Source: Candidatus Collierbacteria bacterium UBA2277 (GTDB lineage Bacteria > Patescibacteriota > Microgenomatia > UBA1400 > MFAQ01). Taken from it: a stretch of DNA of 64,000 nt. This document shows, piece after piece, positions 40,773 through 49,389 of this stretch (position 1 is the first letter of the stretch; each line of letters opens with the position of its first letter). Under the pieces are notes generated by a model that was not told the origin of the DNA, did not search any database, and saw only the letters and a list, made by a program, of their open reading frames with translations. The DNA lies in the NCBI GenBank assembly GCA_002347045.1, contig DDWV01000001.1:487201-551200 (forward strand). The letters are read 5' to 3'. The position numbers and the translations under genes are program-made.

Positions 40773-42419
40773 TTAACTAACATTAGGATCTTCGATGACT
40801 TCATCGGCGTCTCCCAAAACTTTACGCCAGTTGCCAAGCTTACCAAAAAGACTGGTAACGTCGGCAAATTGCTTAACCTTGAGAAGATAAGCTAGCCAGA
40901 AGTATACAGCAAGACCGATAAAACTTGCGGTCGCTGTAAGAATTAGAAGGGGAACTGTTCGGGTGGTATCAAAAACAAATTGATCAAGTAGACGCATTGG
41001 AATCCAGAGAGAAAATGCTGTAAGGATACTGACAAAAAATATTTTTAGCATTTCTCTTGTGATGCCTAGGTTGGGAAGACGAGAACGAATGACAAGATAT
41101 AGTACTAAAAAGTTTATGGTGTTTGATGCACTCATGGCAAGACTCATACCAAGGACGCCCCAGTCGAGTGTTTTGGTAAAGAAATATGAAGAAGCAACAA
41201 ATATAACAAGAGTGAAAAGATTAATAAGTAGGGGTGTTCTAGTGTCTTTTTTGGCATAAAAAGCACGAGTAAGGAGTTGAACGGCAGCTTGGGGAACAAT
41301 AGAGAAGGAGAAGATAGCGAGAGCTTTTCCAGTGAGCAAAGTTGCTTCCCAGGGGAAATTTCTGGCACCAAAGATGATACGAACAATGGGAACTCTTAGA
41401 ATTAGGATCAAAATCGCTGCCGGAAAACAAAAGAAGAACATCTGGAGAGTGGTTTTTCCGAGAGTAATGGCAAATTTTGTTTGATCTTTACTGTCGGCTT
41501 CCTCAGCTAAAGTGGGAAATGAAGCCTGTCCAAGTGAGACGCCAAAAAGAGATATAGGGAGGACGTACACTTGACGGGCAAAATTGAAGACTGTAAACGA
41601 CCCTGCTGATAGAGCTGAGGCAAGATTTAGAGAAACAATTCTCTCTACTTGAACTAAAGCAAGCGAAATAGTTCTTGGAGGCATTAGTTGAAGCATGTTG
41701 ATAACCCCTTTGTGCTTTGGACTGAAGCTAAATTTGGGACAAAAACCCGCTTGATAAGCTGATGGAAGCTGAATAATAACGTGAAGAAAAGCTCCAAAAA
41801 TTACACCAATGGCAGCGGCGTAGATGCCAAGAGATGGAGTAAGCAAGAGAATACCAAGAATTGTGCCGAGGTTGTAAAAAAGTGGCGCGATGGCAGGCAC
41901 TAAAAAACGACGGTGTGCTTGAAGCACCCCTGTAAGAAACGAGGAAAAAGTAAAGATAATCTGGGCGACAGACATAATTCTAATCAGATTGACCATAAGG
42001 TCGAGCTGTTCGCCAGAGTAGTGTGAGATAAGTTTGGACAGCGGACGGGCAAAGATGATAATTAAAGCCGTAAATAAAAATAGTATTAGCGAAACCGAGG
42101 TTAGTGCTACGTTGGCCATGCGATTGGCTTTTTTGGAGGACTTTTTTAGATACTCCTGATATATGGGAATGAAGGCGGCCGAGACGGCGCCAACTACAAG
42201 AAGCTGAAAAACGGTATCGGGAATAATGAAAGCAGAAAAATAAATGTCGAGATTCCCTTCGAGACCACCAAAAAATCTAGCGGCCAAAAGACGATTCCTG
42301 ATAAGCCCTAGAAGGGCAGATAACAGGAACGATGCAGCAATGATGGTAGCAGCCGAGAGAATACTTGAACTTTTACGATTTAAGATCTCTTGTGACTTTG
42401 TTATTAATTTTTGAACCAC
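40773..42419 (-). CDS. murJ: Lipid II flippase MurJ/MviN
   Basis: 548 aa, polytopic with about 14 TM helices, and a conserved MurJ N-terminal region (LLGLIRNRLLAARFFGGLEGNLDIYFSAFIIPD). Confidence 0.85.
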   Translation of the reverse strand: MVQKLITKSQEILNRKSSSILSAATIIAASFLLSALLGLIRNRLLAARFFGGLEGNLDIYFSAFIIPDTVFQLLVVGAVSAAFIPIYQEYLKKSSKKANRMANVALTSVSLILFLFTALIIIFARPLSKLISHYSGEQLDLMVNLIRIMSVAQIIFTFSSFLTGVLQAHRRFLVPAIAPLFYNLGTILGILLLTPSLGIYAAAIGVIFGAFLHVIIQLPSAYQAGFCPKFSFSPKHKGVINMLQLMPPRTISLALVQVERIVSLNLASALSAGSFTVFNFARQVYVLPISLFGVSLGQASFPTLAEEADSKDQTKFAITLGKTTLQMFFFCFPAAILILILRVPIVRIIFGARNFPWEATLLTGKALAIFSFSIVPQAAVQLLTRAFYAKKDTRTPLLINLFTLVIFVASSYFFTKTLDWGVLGMSLAMSASNTINFLVLYLVIRSRLPNLGITREMLKIFFVSILTAFSLWIPMRLLDQFVFDTTRTVPLLILTATASFIGLAVYFWLAYLLKVKQFADVTSLFGKLGNWRKVLGDADEVIEDPNVS

Positions 42420-42481
42420 TGAAGTGATTTTAATTCAAGAGAGTGACTTGCGCTAGGTGTAGCTCGTGGTAAAATTAGCGC

Positions 42482-42724
42482 ATGCCAATAACAAAGTCAG
42501 CAATAAAGAAACAAAGATCGGATAAAAAGAAGGCCGGTTTTAACAAATCAACAAAAACTAAAGCAAAAACCGCGATCGATGCTTTTAAGTTGTCACTCTC
42601 AAAAGAGAGCTTGATGAAAGCTTTTTCAATGGTAGATAAAGCTGCCAAAAAAGGTGTGATAAAAAAAGGTAAGGCAAACAGAATCAAATCTCGTTTGTCA
42701 AAAAAAGTTTCTTCCAAAGCGTAA
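42482..42724 (+). CDS. rpsT: 30S ribosomal protein S20
   Basis: 80 aa, basic and all-helical. MPITKSAIKKQRSDKKKAGFNKSTKTKAKTAIDAF matches the S20 N-terminus. Confidence 0.85.
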   Translation: MPITKSAIKKQRSDKKKAGFNKSTKTKAKTAIDAFKLSLSKESLMKAFSMVDKAAKKGVIKKGKANRIKSRLSKKVSSKA

Positions 42725-42746
42725 GTATTTTTGATACACTGAAAGT

Positions 42747-43292
42747 GTGGCTACTAAGCAAGGTGTTTCTAGTATAAATTTATTACCTAAAGATAGTTTT
42801 GAGTTCTCTACGACAGGGAAGCTTTTAAAGTGGATAACAACAGCGGGACGAGTTTTGGTAGTTTTAACTGAGTTTGTAGTTCTCTTGGCCTTTGGTTCAA
42901 GATTTTATTTTGATAAGAAGCTTGACGATCTTGGAGAGGTGATAGTTCAGAAACAAGCTCAGGTTATGACTTACTCCGAGATAGAGACAGATATTCGAAA
43001 GATTTTGGCAAAACAACGACAAGTTGAGATATACGAAAAATCTGGTTTGGGTTTCTCAGAAAAAATAAACAGTTTAACTAATATCCTACCGGCAGGAACT
43101 TCTCTGGACAGCTTTAATCTGAACAATGGATTGCTAGTAATAGAAGGAAAGGCTCAGTCGGAGTATGGATTTGCTCAGTTTTTAACCGGGATAAAAAAAA
43201 TGCCTGGAGTAGCAATGATAAACATGAAAGACACAAACTTTGATCAGACAACTGGTGGAGTGAAGTTTAATATTCAAATTAGCTATAAATAA
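42747..43292 (+). CDS. PilN-like type IV pilus assembly protein
   Basis: 181 aa with an N-terminal INLLPKD motif, the hallmark PilN INLLP, followed by a TM helix and a periplasmic domain. Confidence 0.6.
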   Translation: MATKQGVSSINLLPKDSFEFSTTGKLLKWITTAGRVLVVLTEFVVLLAFGSRFYFDKKLDDLGEVIVQKQAQVMTYSEIETDIRKILAKQRQVEIYEKSGLGFSEKINSLTNILPAGTSLDSFNLNNGLLVIEGKAQSEYGFAQFLTGIKKMPGVAMINMKDTNFDQTTGGVKFNIQISYK

Positions 43293-43954
43293 TGGCCAAC
43301 TTATTAAGCAACGAAAAATACGCGCTTTACTATCAGAAGATTGGACTTTTGTATAAAAAGCCTGAGATTCGAGCTTCTTTGGAGGTTATATTGTCGGTTT
43401 TTACCGTGATTGTACTAGTGTTTGCGGCTATCAGACCAACGCTAATAAATATTACGTCTTTGCAGAAAAAAATTACCGACCAGGAAGCAGTCAACAAAAA
43501 ATTGGATAATAAAATGGCCCAGCTGATAAATGCCCAGACACAGCTTGAGGTAAACAGGGATAGTCTATATCTATATGATAGTGCAGTACCGGATGGTTTT
43601 TCTTATGGAGATAGCGCAAAAAGAGTTGAGTATTTGGCAAGAAGAAATAATCTGCAAATTGAGTCTCTGACTTTTTCGGGGGTAACTTTGCAAGATGGTG
43701 GAAAGGTAAACGGAGACTGGCTATCTAAGATTAGCGTCCCTTCCACTGACAGCATAATTCAAAACAAAGTGACTTTTACGATAAAGGGAAACCCTGAAGG
43801 CACAATCAATTTTTTGAAACAAATTGAGTCTATGGATCAGCTGGCTATCCTGGGCAGTGCTTCGCTAACAAAGCAAGTTGGCCAGTCGAGACAAAACGAT
43901 TCTTTGAGAGCATCTGGAACACTGACCTTTTATTTTTACTCAACAAGACAATGA
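43292..43954 (+). CDS. PilO-like inner-membrane pilus assembly protein
   Basis: 220 aa with a short cytoplasmic N-terminus, a TM helix, a coiled coil (QKKITDQEAVNKKLDNKMAQLINAQTQLE) and a periplasmic domain. Its start codon overlaps the stop codon of pilN. Confidence 0.45.
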   Translation: MANLLSNEKYALYYQKIGLLYKKPEIRASLEVILSVFTVIVLVFAAIRPTLINITSLQKKITDQEAVNKKLDNKMAQLINAQTQLEVNRDSLYLYDSAVPDGFSYGDSAKRVEYLARRNNLQIESLTFSGVTLQDGGKVNGDWLSKISVPSTDSIIQNKVTFTIKGNPEGTINFLKQIESMDQLAILGSASLTKQVGQSRQNDSLRASGTLTFYFYSTRQ

Positions 43955-44265
43955 AACCACAAAGAACAATATCTTCTTATGTCTTGTTGGTAGGAATCAT
44001 GGGATTGTCTATAATGGGTGGAGTAGTGGCTTATCAGATTTATTCTGCGGCAGTAAAAAGTCAAGTAACCATGGAACAGAGTGCTGCGATTAAACCTATT
44101 GATGGACAGATAGATACTACTGTTATTGAGAGCCTTAGAAATAGGACTGTTATAAATGAGTCAGAGATGCAACAATTATTGACAGAGGTGCTAGAGTCGG
44201 AGCCAGTTGTGGCGACGGAGTCTAGTGCTGTTGAGGCTACAGCTTCAGCAACTATAGAGCCATAA
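43951..44265 (+). CDS. Small bitopic membrane protein with an acidic Ala/Thr-rich C-terminus
   Basis: 104 aa with an N-terminal TM helix. It is translationally coupled to both flanking genes through 4-nt and 1-nt overlaps. Confidence 0.35.
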   Translation: MKPQRTISSYVLLVGIMGLSIMGGVVAYQIYSAAVKSQVTMEQSAAIKPIDGQIDTTVIESLRNRTVINESEMQQLLTEVLESEPVVATESSAVEATASATIEP

Positions 44266-45608
44266 TGAAAAAACAAGGCCTAATGGCCAAGAAAATACCA
44301 ACGGTTTTTGGAATACTGATTCTTTTAGGCGGTCTTGTGGCTGGTGTGATTTTGGTAAACAACCGACAAGGGCTAATCACAAAAGCTGGGCCTACTGAGT
44401 CTCCTAAAAATGTAAAGATTTCTAATCTTGGATCGAACTCTTTTACCGTGAGCTGGACTACCGACACTCCCGTGACTGGTTACTTGAAGTACTCAGAAAA
44501 TCCAGCAAAAATTACCTCACCGGCAGGAGATATCCGTGACCAGATATCTGGAACATCCCAAGGATACACAAACCACTACATAACGGTGACGGGTTTGAGC
44601 CCTGAGAAGACGGTGTATTTTATGATTGGATCCGGATCCCAGATGTATGACGATAATGGAAACCCTTTTGAAGTACGGACAACTAATCAGGTAATAGCAC
44701 CTCCGGAAAATGTGATAACCGGAAAAATTGTTGGAGCAGACGGTACTCCAATAAACGGAGCGATAGTGTATGTAGAAGTTGAGGGCGGTAAAACACTGTC
44801 AGCAATGACGAATACTACTGGAGCTTGGAGACTAAACTTGGCTTCTTCGCGAGACAGTAAAGGGGCGGTGCTTACATATGACGCAAACACTTCACTTGTG
44901 TCCATCTTTGTGCAAGCAGGTATCTCTGGAACAGCAACAGCGGTAACAAATACTAGTAAAACTAAACCTGTGCCAGATATCACCTTGGGAAAAAATCAAA
45001 GTTTTGTAGATTCTACGATCACATCTGAGAGCGCATCTAGTGCCGTGGCTGCAGGAAAAAGCGGAAGTTTCGAAAGCATTGCTGAAGAAGCTGCTCCAGT
45101 AGGAGGTATTGCAGCTACTGAGTCTGGGTCTATGATTGTAATGAATCCTGCTATCAATGGCGAGATTATTGCTACTAGTACTCCTGAGTTTCGAGGTAAA
45201 ACCGCCCCTGGAATTACTATAAAGATCTCTGTTCACTCGCCGATTGAGCTTACACAAGTAATCAAATCGGATAAGAATGGGGACTGGACCTGGACGCCTC
45301 CACAAAAACTAGATCCTGGCTTGCACACGCTAACACTTGAGTTTACTGACGAGAATAACGTTTTCCAGAAAATTGTAAGGACATTTACTGTTTTGGCAGC
45401 TGAGGATACTTTGGGGATGCCTGCTTTTGTAGCTACTCCTTCGTCTGAGATAGCAACTCCATCCGCAATCCCGACTGAAAGCATGCCAGCAACGGTGTCG
45501 AGTGAGTTGGCCGATGCGGGTGGTTTTTCAACGACAATTCTCCTCGGAGTTGCAGGTATTATAATGCTGATATTTGGCAAGGTGTACAAAAACAAGTGGA
45601 AAGATTGA
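44265..45608 (+). CDS. Cell-surface protein with FN3-like and carboxypeptidase-regulatory-like beta-sandwich domains and a C-terminal sorting-signal-like anchor
   Basis: 447 aa with an N-terminal signal/TM segment, NSFTVSWTTDTPVTGYLKYS (FN3-like), and GKIVGADGTPINGAIVYVEV (CarbopepD_reg-like). The C-terminus reads LADAG, then a 19-residue hydrophobic stretch, then KVYKNKWKD. Confidence 0.55.
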   Translation: MKKQGLMAKKIPTVFGILILLGGLVAGVILVNNRQGLITKAGPTESPKNVKISNLGSNSFTVSWTTDTPVTGYLKYSENPAKITSPAGDIRDQISGTSQGYTNHYITVTGLSPEKTVYFMIGSGSQMYDDNGNPFEVRTTNQVIAPPENVITGKIVGADGTPINGAIVYVEVEGGKTLSAMTNTTGAWRLNLASSRDSKGAVLTYDANTSLVSIFVQAGISGTATAVTNTSKTKPVPDITLGKNQSFVDSTITSESASSAVAAGKSGSFESIAEEAAPVGGIAATESGSMIVMNPAINGEIIATSTPEFRGKTAPGITIKISVHSPIELTQVIKSDKNGDWTWTPPQKLDPGLHTLTLEFTDENNVFQKIVRTFTVLAAEDTLGMPAFVATPSSEIATPSAIPTESMPATVSSELADAGGFSTTILLGVAGIIMLIFGKVYKNKWKD

Positions 45609-45674
45609 CGAATGACAAAGAGTTCTTTATAGTGTACTTAAGTAATACTTTATTGGAACGAAAATATATATAGA

Positions 45675-47450
45675 ATGGACGACCAAAATCAAACCAATCA
45701 ATCGTTAGGTCAGAGTACTGTGCCAACAAATGATCCACAGTTTCCTCCAATAGAGTCAGTAGTCTTAAATCAACCCGAAGATATTACACCGTCGGCCACT
45801 CTGCCTCAAAATCCTGCGTTTCCAGAGATGGCGAGTACTGAGCCCGTCACCATGAATGAGTCTTTAGTAACTGAACCTGTGCCGTCTGGACAAGGAAGTG
45901 TTGATTCTATTTCTGAGATGACGCCAGGAACCACTGATGTTTCAACGCCATCTTTACAGACTCCTCCCGTGACAATGGAGTCAAGCGAACCTGCAGAGCC
46001 ACCAATGCCAGAGGCTAAGAAAAAAAGTAAGGTTTTTCCAATAATCGGTGGAGTTGCGGCACTGCTTCTTGTGGTAGGTGTGGCGGGTGCGGCTTACTAT
46101 GTATCAAATCAGCTTTCTACCAGACAAGCAGTGGCGCCTACGGCACCAGAGAGTGAGCCACAGGCGTATGTACTTGAAGGAGGTGGGTCGGGGCAAGTTA
46201 CCATCAAACCGCCGGCGGGAACAACAATTAACATCGTAAGACCGGTGGCTACTGACGATGATGAACCAGCGCCAAAAAAGACACCGACACCAACAAAAGC
46301 GCCAACTCCTAGAAATATACCTGAGGGTACGGGAACTGATGGTTTATACGTGGGAGTTACCTTCAATCCGGGTGATACTGTTTCAGTAGGTGGAACTGTT
46401 TATAAAAAAGATGCTCCTCTGAAAGTTAACGATAAAGGTGTGCTTGAATGTGCGGAAGAAGGATATTATTTATGTACCATTGCTGGAAGCAACGAGTGTT
46501 GCAAGATTGGGAGTCAAACAACTACTGCTGCGATTGGAGGAGATGGGGGAACTTCAGGGGGAAGTACCAGCACAAACTGCATAACTTGGAATGGTTATAT
46601 AGCCAATCCAACACAAGAACAGGAAAGGCAAGTAATATGTAATCCAAATAAAGATAAGTTTAATACGGTTACTTTTTCAGAAGCTTGCGTGGCAAGAGTT
46701 TACTACAACACAGATATTGCAGGCTCTGTAATAGCACTAACAAAAGACGGAGTGGCAACTCCCATGACAAGAATTGACGATAAAAAATGGGACGTAAATG
46801 TAACTCCCGGCACTTATACTATTACTGCTAAACTGGGAAATGAAGACAAAAATGCTATGGGATTTAGGGTACCTAATAGTTCTGGGATTTGTCAGATGTT
46901 TGGAGCTCCATATAATGTAAGTTCATTTTTGCAAGCTTCAACGTTGAAAGCTTTGGGGATAGACTCTGTCACTCAGGTAGATCGCCCTGTGCAGTGCTGG
47001 GGTGACATGATCAAGGGGGCAGACGGGAATACCCGAGGCGAGCTGAACTCTAATTATGACTTTAATGATTTTAGTGTTGTAATTGGTTGCAAGGACGCGG
47101 AGACATCTGTACCAGGTTACTGCGCATTGCTAAGAATCTATAAAAAAGTAAATGGTGTGTATAGTCCGACCCATATGACGACTGCTGATCTTCAAAATAT
47201 GGTGGTTGGGGATACGTACAGACTTACGGTGACAAACAACTTAGAGCTTCTCCCGACTCGTTTTAGAGTGACGATTTCTGGAGTAGTTGGTGGTTGGATG
47301 GATGGTACCTTTAACGCAACAAACAAAAAAATCGTAGAGTACAACGACTTGGTGATTACCTCTCCTGGAACGTATAAGTTTGAAGCTCAGGTTGTGCCAA
47401 TTCCAATGACTGGTGTGAATCAAAAGACAATTGAATATACTGGACAATAA
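45675..47450 (+). CDS. Type-II membrane protein with a disordered Pro/Thr/Glu-rich cytoplasmic N-tail and a Cys-rich extracytoplasmic domain
   Basis: 591 aa with a ~118-aa low-complexity N-tail, KKKSK plus a TM helix, a conserved QLSTRQAVAPTAPESEPQ motif, and about 14 Cys in the ectodomain. Confidence 0.5.
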   Translation: MDDQNQTNQSLGQSTVPTNDPQFPPIESVVLNQPEDITPSATLPQNPAFPEMASTEPVTMNESLVTEPVPSGQGSVDSISEMTPGTTDVSTPSLQTPPVTMESSEPAEPPMPEAKKKSKVFPIIGGVAALLLVVGVAGAAYYVSNQLSTRQAVAPTAPESEPQAYVLEGGGSGQVTIKPPAGTTINIVRPVATDDDEPAPKKTPTPTKAPTPRNIPEGTGTDGLYVGVTFNPGDTVSVGGTVYKKDAPLKVNDKGVLECAEEGYYLCTIAGSNECCKIGSQTTTAAIGGDGGTSGGSTSTNCITWNGYIANPTQEQERQVICNPNKDKFNTVTFSEACVARVYYNTDIAGSVIALTKDGVATPMTRIDDKKWDVNVTPGTYTITAKLGNEDKNAMGFRVPNSSGICQMFGAPYNVSSFLQASTLKALGIDSVTQVDRPVQCWGDMIKGADGNTRGELNSNYDFNDFSVVIGCKDAETSVPGYCALLRIYKKVNGVYSPTHMTTADLQNMVVGDTYRLTVTNNLELLPTRFRVTISGVVGGWMDGTFNATNKKIVEYNDLVITSPGTYKFEAQVVPIPMTGVNQKTIEYTGQ

Positions 47451-47460
47451 CTGAAATAAA

Positions 47461-48129
47461 ATGAAAAATAAAAATAAAAAAATACTCGCAATAATTTTAA
47501 TTTTAGTTATTTTAATATTAGGAGGAGCATCTATTTATATTGCAACACAGCTCTCGACAAGAGAGACTGTAGCTCCAACAGCTCCTGAAAGTAAACCAGC
47601 CGCCTCAGAACCAGATAGCCTTTGGGAAGGATCTGACGCTTGTGTGGTGGATGCCGTGGCTAAAGAGGGGTGTTCGTATAAATATTATTGTCTTACAGAT
47701 TCGTATACTTGTGTGGCCACGAATGGGCTGTATACAAAAACAACCCCTTATACATGGTGTGATGGACCGATCGCTCCACCTCCAACATGTGAAGAAAATT
47801 TGAAAACATACGATACAGGACCCAACACTGGAATGTGTTATGCAACACAAGATAGTTGTGATGCTGCCTGCATAAAACCAGTAATTACTAAAGCACCTAC
47901 CGAAGCCCCGACAGCGGCTCCGACTGCAGTTCCTACAATTATTGTAACTGTAGCACCAACGGCAGCCCCAACTGTGATCGTAACAGCAGCGACAGCAGTG
48001 CCAACGACAGTAGTAACAGTAGCCGCACCAACTGCTTTGCCTGAAGCAGGTATTTTTGATCTTCCAGGAATTGCTGCTTTTGCCGGAGGACTTATACTGG
48101 CTGTGGTTGGAATTCTACTAGCGCTGTAG
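47461..48129 (+). CDS. Small Cys-rich surface protein with an N-terminal TM anchor, a PT/VT-repeat linker and a C-terminal LPEAG-plus-hydrophobic tail
   Basis: 222 aa with an N-terminal TM helix, then QLSTRETVAPTAPESKPA, paralogous to the 45675 gene. It has 10 Cys in about 80 aa and an (A/V)PT repeat linker. The C-terminus is ALPEAGIFDLPGIAAFAGGLILAVVGILLAL. Confidence 0.5.
   Translation: MKNKNKKILAIILILVILILGGASIYIATQLSTRETVAPTAPESKPAASEPDSLWEGSDACVVDAVAKEGCSYKYYCLTDSYTCVATNGLYTKTTPYTWCDGPIAPPPTCEENLKTYDTGPNTGMCYATQDSCDAACIKPVITKAPTEAPTAAPTAVPTIIVTVAPTAAPTVIVTAATAVPTTVVTVAAPTALPEAGIFDLPGIAAFAGGLILAVVGILLAL
47890..48040 (+). repeat. Imperfect short tandem repeats encoding an Ala/Pro/Thr/Val-rich linker
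   Basis: Reiterated ccaac[gt]g..gc.gc / gtaac.gtagc units encode APTEAPTAAPTAVPTIIVTVAPTAAPTVIVTAATAVPTTVVTVAAPTA. Confidence 0.6.
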
Positions 48130-48131
48130 AC

Positions 48132-49382
48132 ATGAAGATAGCCATAATTGGAGGTGGCTTTACCGGTCTTAGTTGTGCATATTCCCTATTGGAGCGAAAA
48201 ATTGACGTAGCTTTGTTTGAGAACGATGAGTGTTTGGGGGGATTGGCAGGCGGGTTTCGACAGGCTGATTGGAAATGGGACCTGGAGTTTTTTTATCATC
48301 ATATTTTTACAAACGACAGAGATATTATGAGGTTGGCAGAGAAATCTGACTGGAAAGTGAAAATTTCTAGTCCTTTGACAACTAGCTTTGTAAACGGAGT
48401 AGAGACACAACTTGACTCACCGTCGTCTTTGATGCGGTTTAACAAGATGAGTATTGGGGGAAGATTGAGGATGGGAGCTGGACTGGCTGTGTTGAAGTTT
48501 ATCCCCGATGGGTTATTTTTAGAAAAGTATTTGGTAGTGAAGTTTTTACCTAAGCTAATTGGAGAGGAAGGATACAAACTTGTATGGGAAAAACTTTTGA
48601 AAGCAAAGTTTGGACCTTTTTATGACAGAGTAAACATGGCATGGTTCTGGACTCGAGTAGCAAAACGAACAAAAAAATTGGGCTATTTTGACGGAGGATT
48701 TGTGAAGCTAGCGGAAATGATCGGAGAAAAGATCGAGAGAATGGGAGGGCGCCTAAACATGAATACTAATATAGAAAAGATTGAGGCGATCGGAGAAAAG
48801 TGGAGTGTAGATGGGCAGATATTTGATGGGGTAGTGATTACGAATCCTGCCCCAGTTGCAAAAAAAATGCTGGGGGGTATAAAGATTGATTTACATAAAA
48901 TTGATTATCTTTGGGGGCAAACTTTGATAATAGAACTTGAGAAAAAACTTATTAAGGGATACTGGATGAATATTTTAGAGAATGACTGGCCGTTTTTGGT
49001 GGCCGTGGAACACACAAATATGATTGACAAGTCCAGATACGGAAACAAAGAAATACTATATCTGGGAAATTACCTTGCGGATAATAATAGTCAGCTGAGT
49101 ATGAGTAAGAATGAGATAATCAAGCTTTATACACCTTTTCTTAAAAAAATTAATCCTAGATTTGAAAGGAAATGGATAAAAGACAGTAGTCTATTTCGAA
49201 AACCATTTGCCCAACCAGTGTTTCCTGTTAATTATTCAGACCAGTTATTAAAGCCAAAAACGAAGTATAAGGGGCTCTATTTTGCGAACATGAGCATGGT
49301 GTACCCATTTGATCGTGGAACAAACTACGCAGTTAGAATGGGAGAAGATGTAGCTAAACAGATACAATTAGATTTAGAATAA
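48132..49382 (+). CDS. FAD-dependent oxidoreductase, UDP-galactopyranose mutase-like or amine-oxidase-like
   Basis: A Rossmann N-terminus IAIIGGGFTGL, a GGLAGGF motif, and YHHIFTNDRDIM, which resembles the Glf motif HIFHTNDKYIW. At 416 aa it is close to the UGM-family length. Confidence 0.5.
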   Translation: MKIAIIGGGFTGLSCAYSLLERKIDVALFENDECLGGLAGGFRQADWKWDLEFFYHHIFTNDRDIMRLAEKSDWKVKISSPLTTSFVNGVETQLDSPSSLMRFNKMSIGGRLRMGAGLAVLKFIPDGLFLEKYLVVKFLPKLIGEEGYKLVWEKLLKAKFGPFYDRVNMAWFWTRVAKRTKKLGYFDGGFVKLAEMIGEKIERMGGRLNMNTNIEKIEAIGEKWSVDGQIFDGVVITNPAPVAKKMLGGIKIDLHKIDYLWGQTLIIELEKKLIKGYWMNILENDWPFLVAVEHTNMIDKSRYGNKEILYLGNYLADNNSQLSMSKNEIIKLYTPFLKKINPRFERKWIKDSSLFRKPFAQPVFPVNYSDQLLKPKTKYKGLYFANMSMVYPFDRGTNYAVRMGEDVAKQIQLDLE

Positions 49383-49389
49383 AATATCT

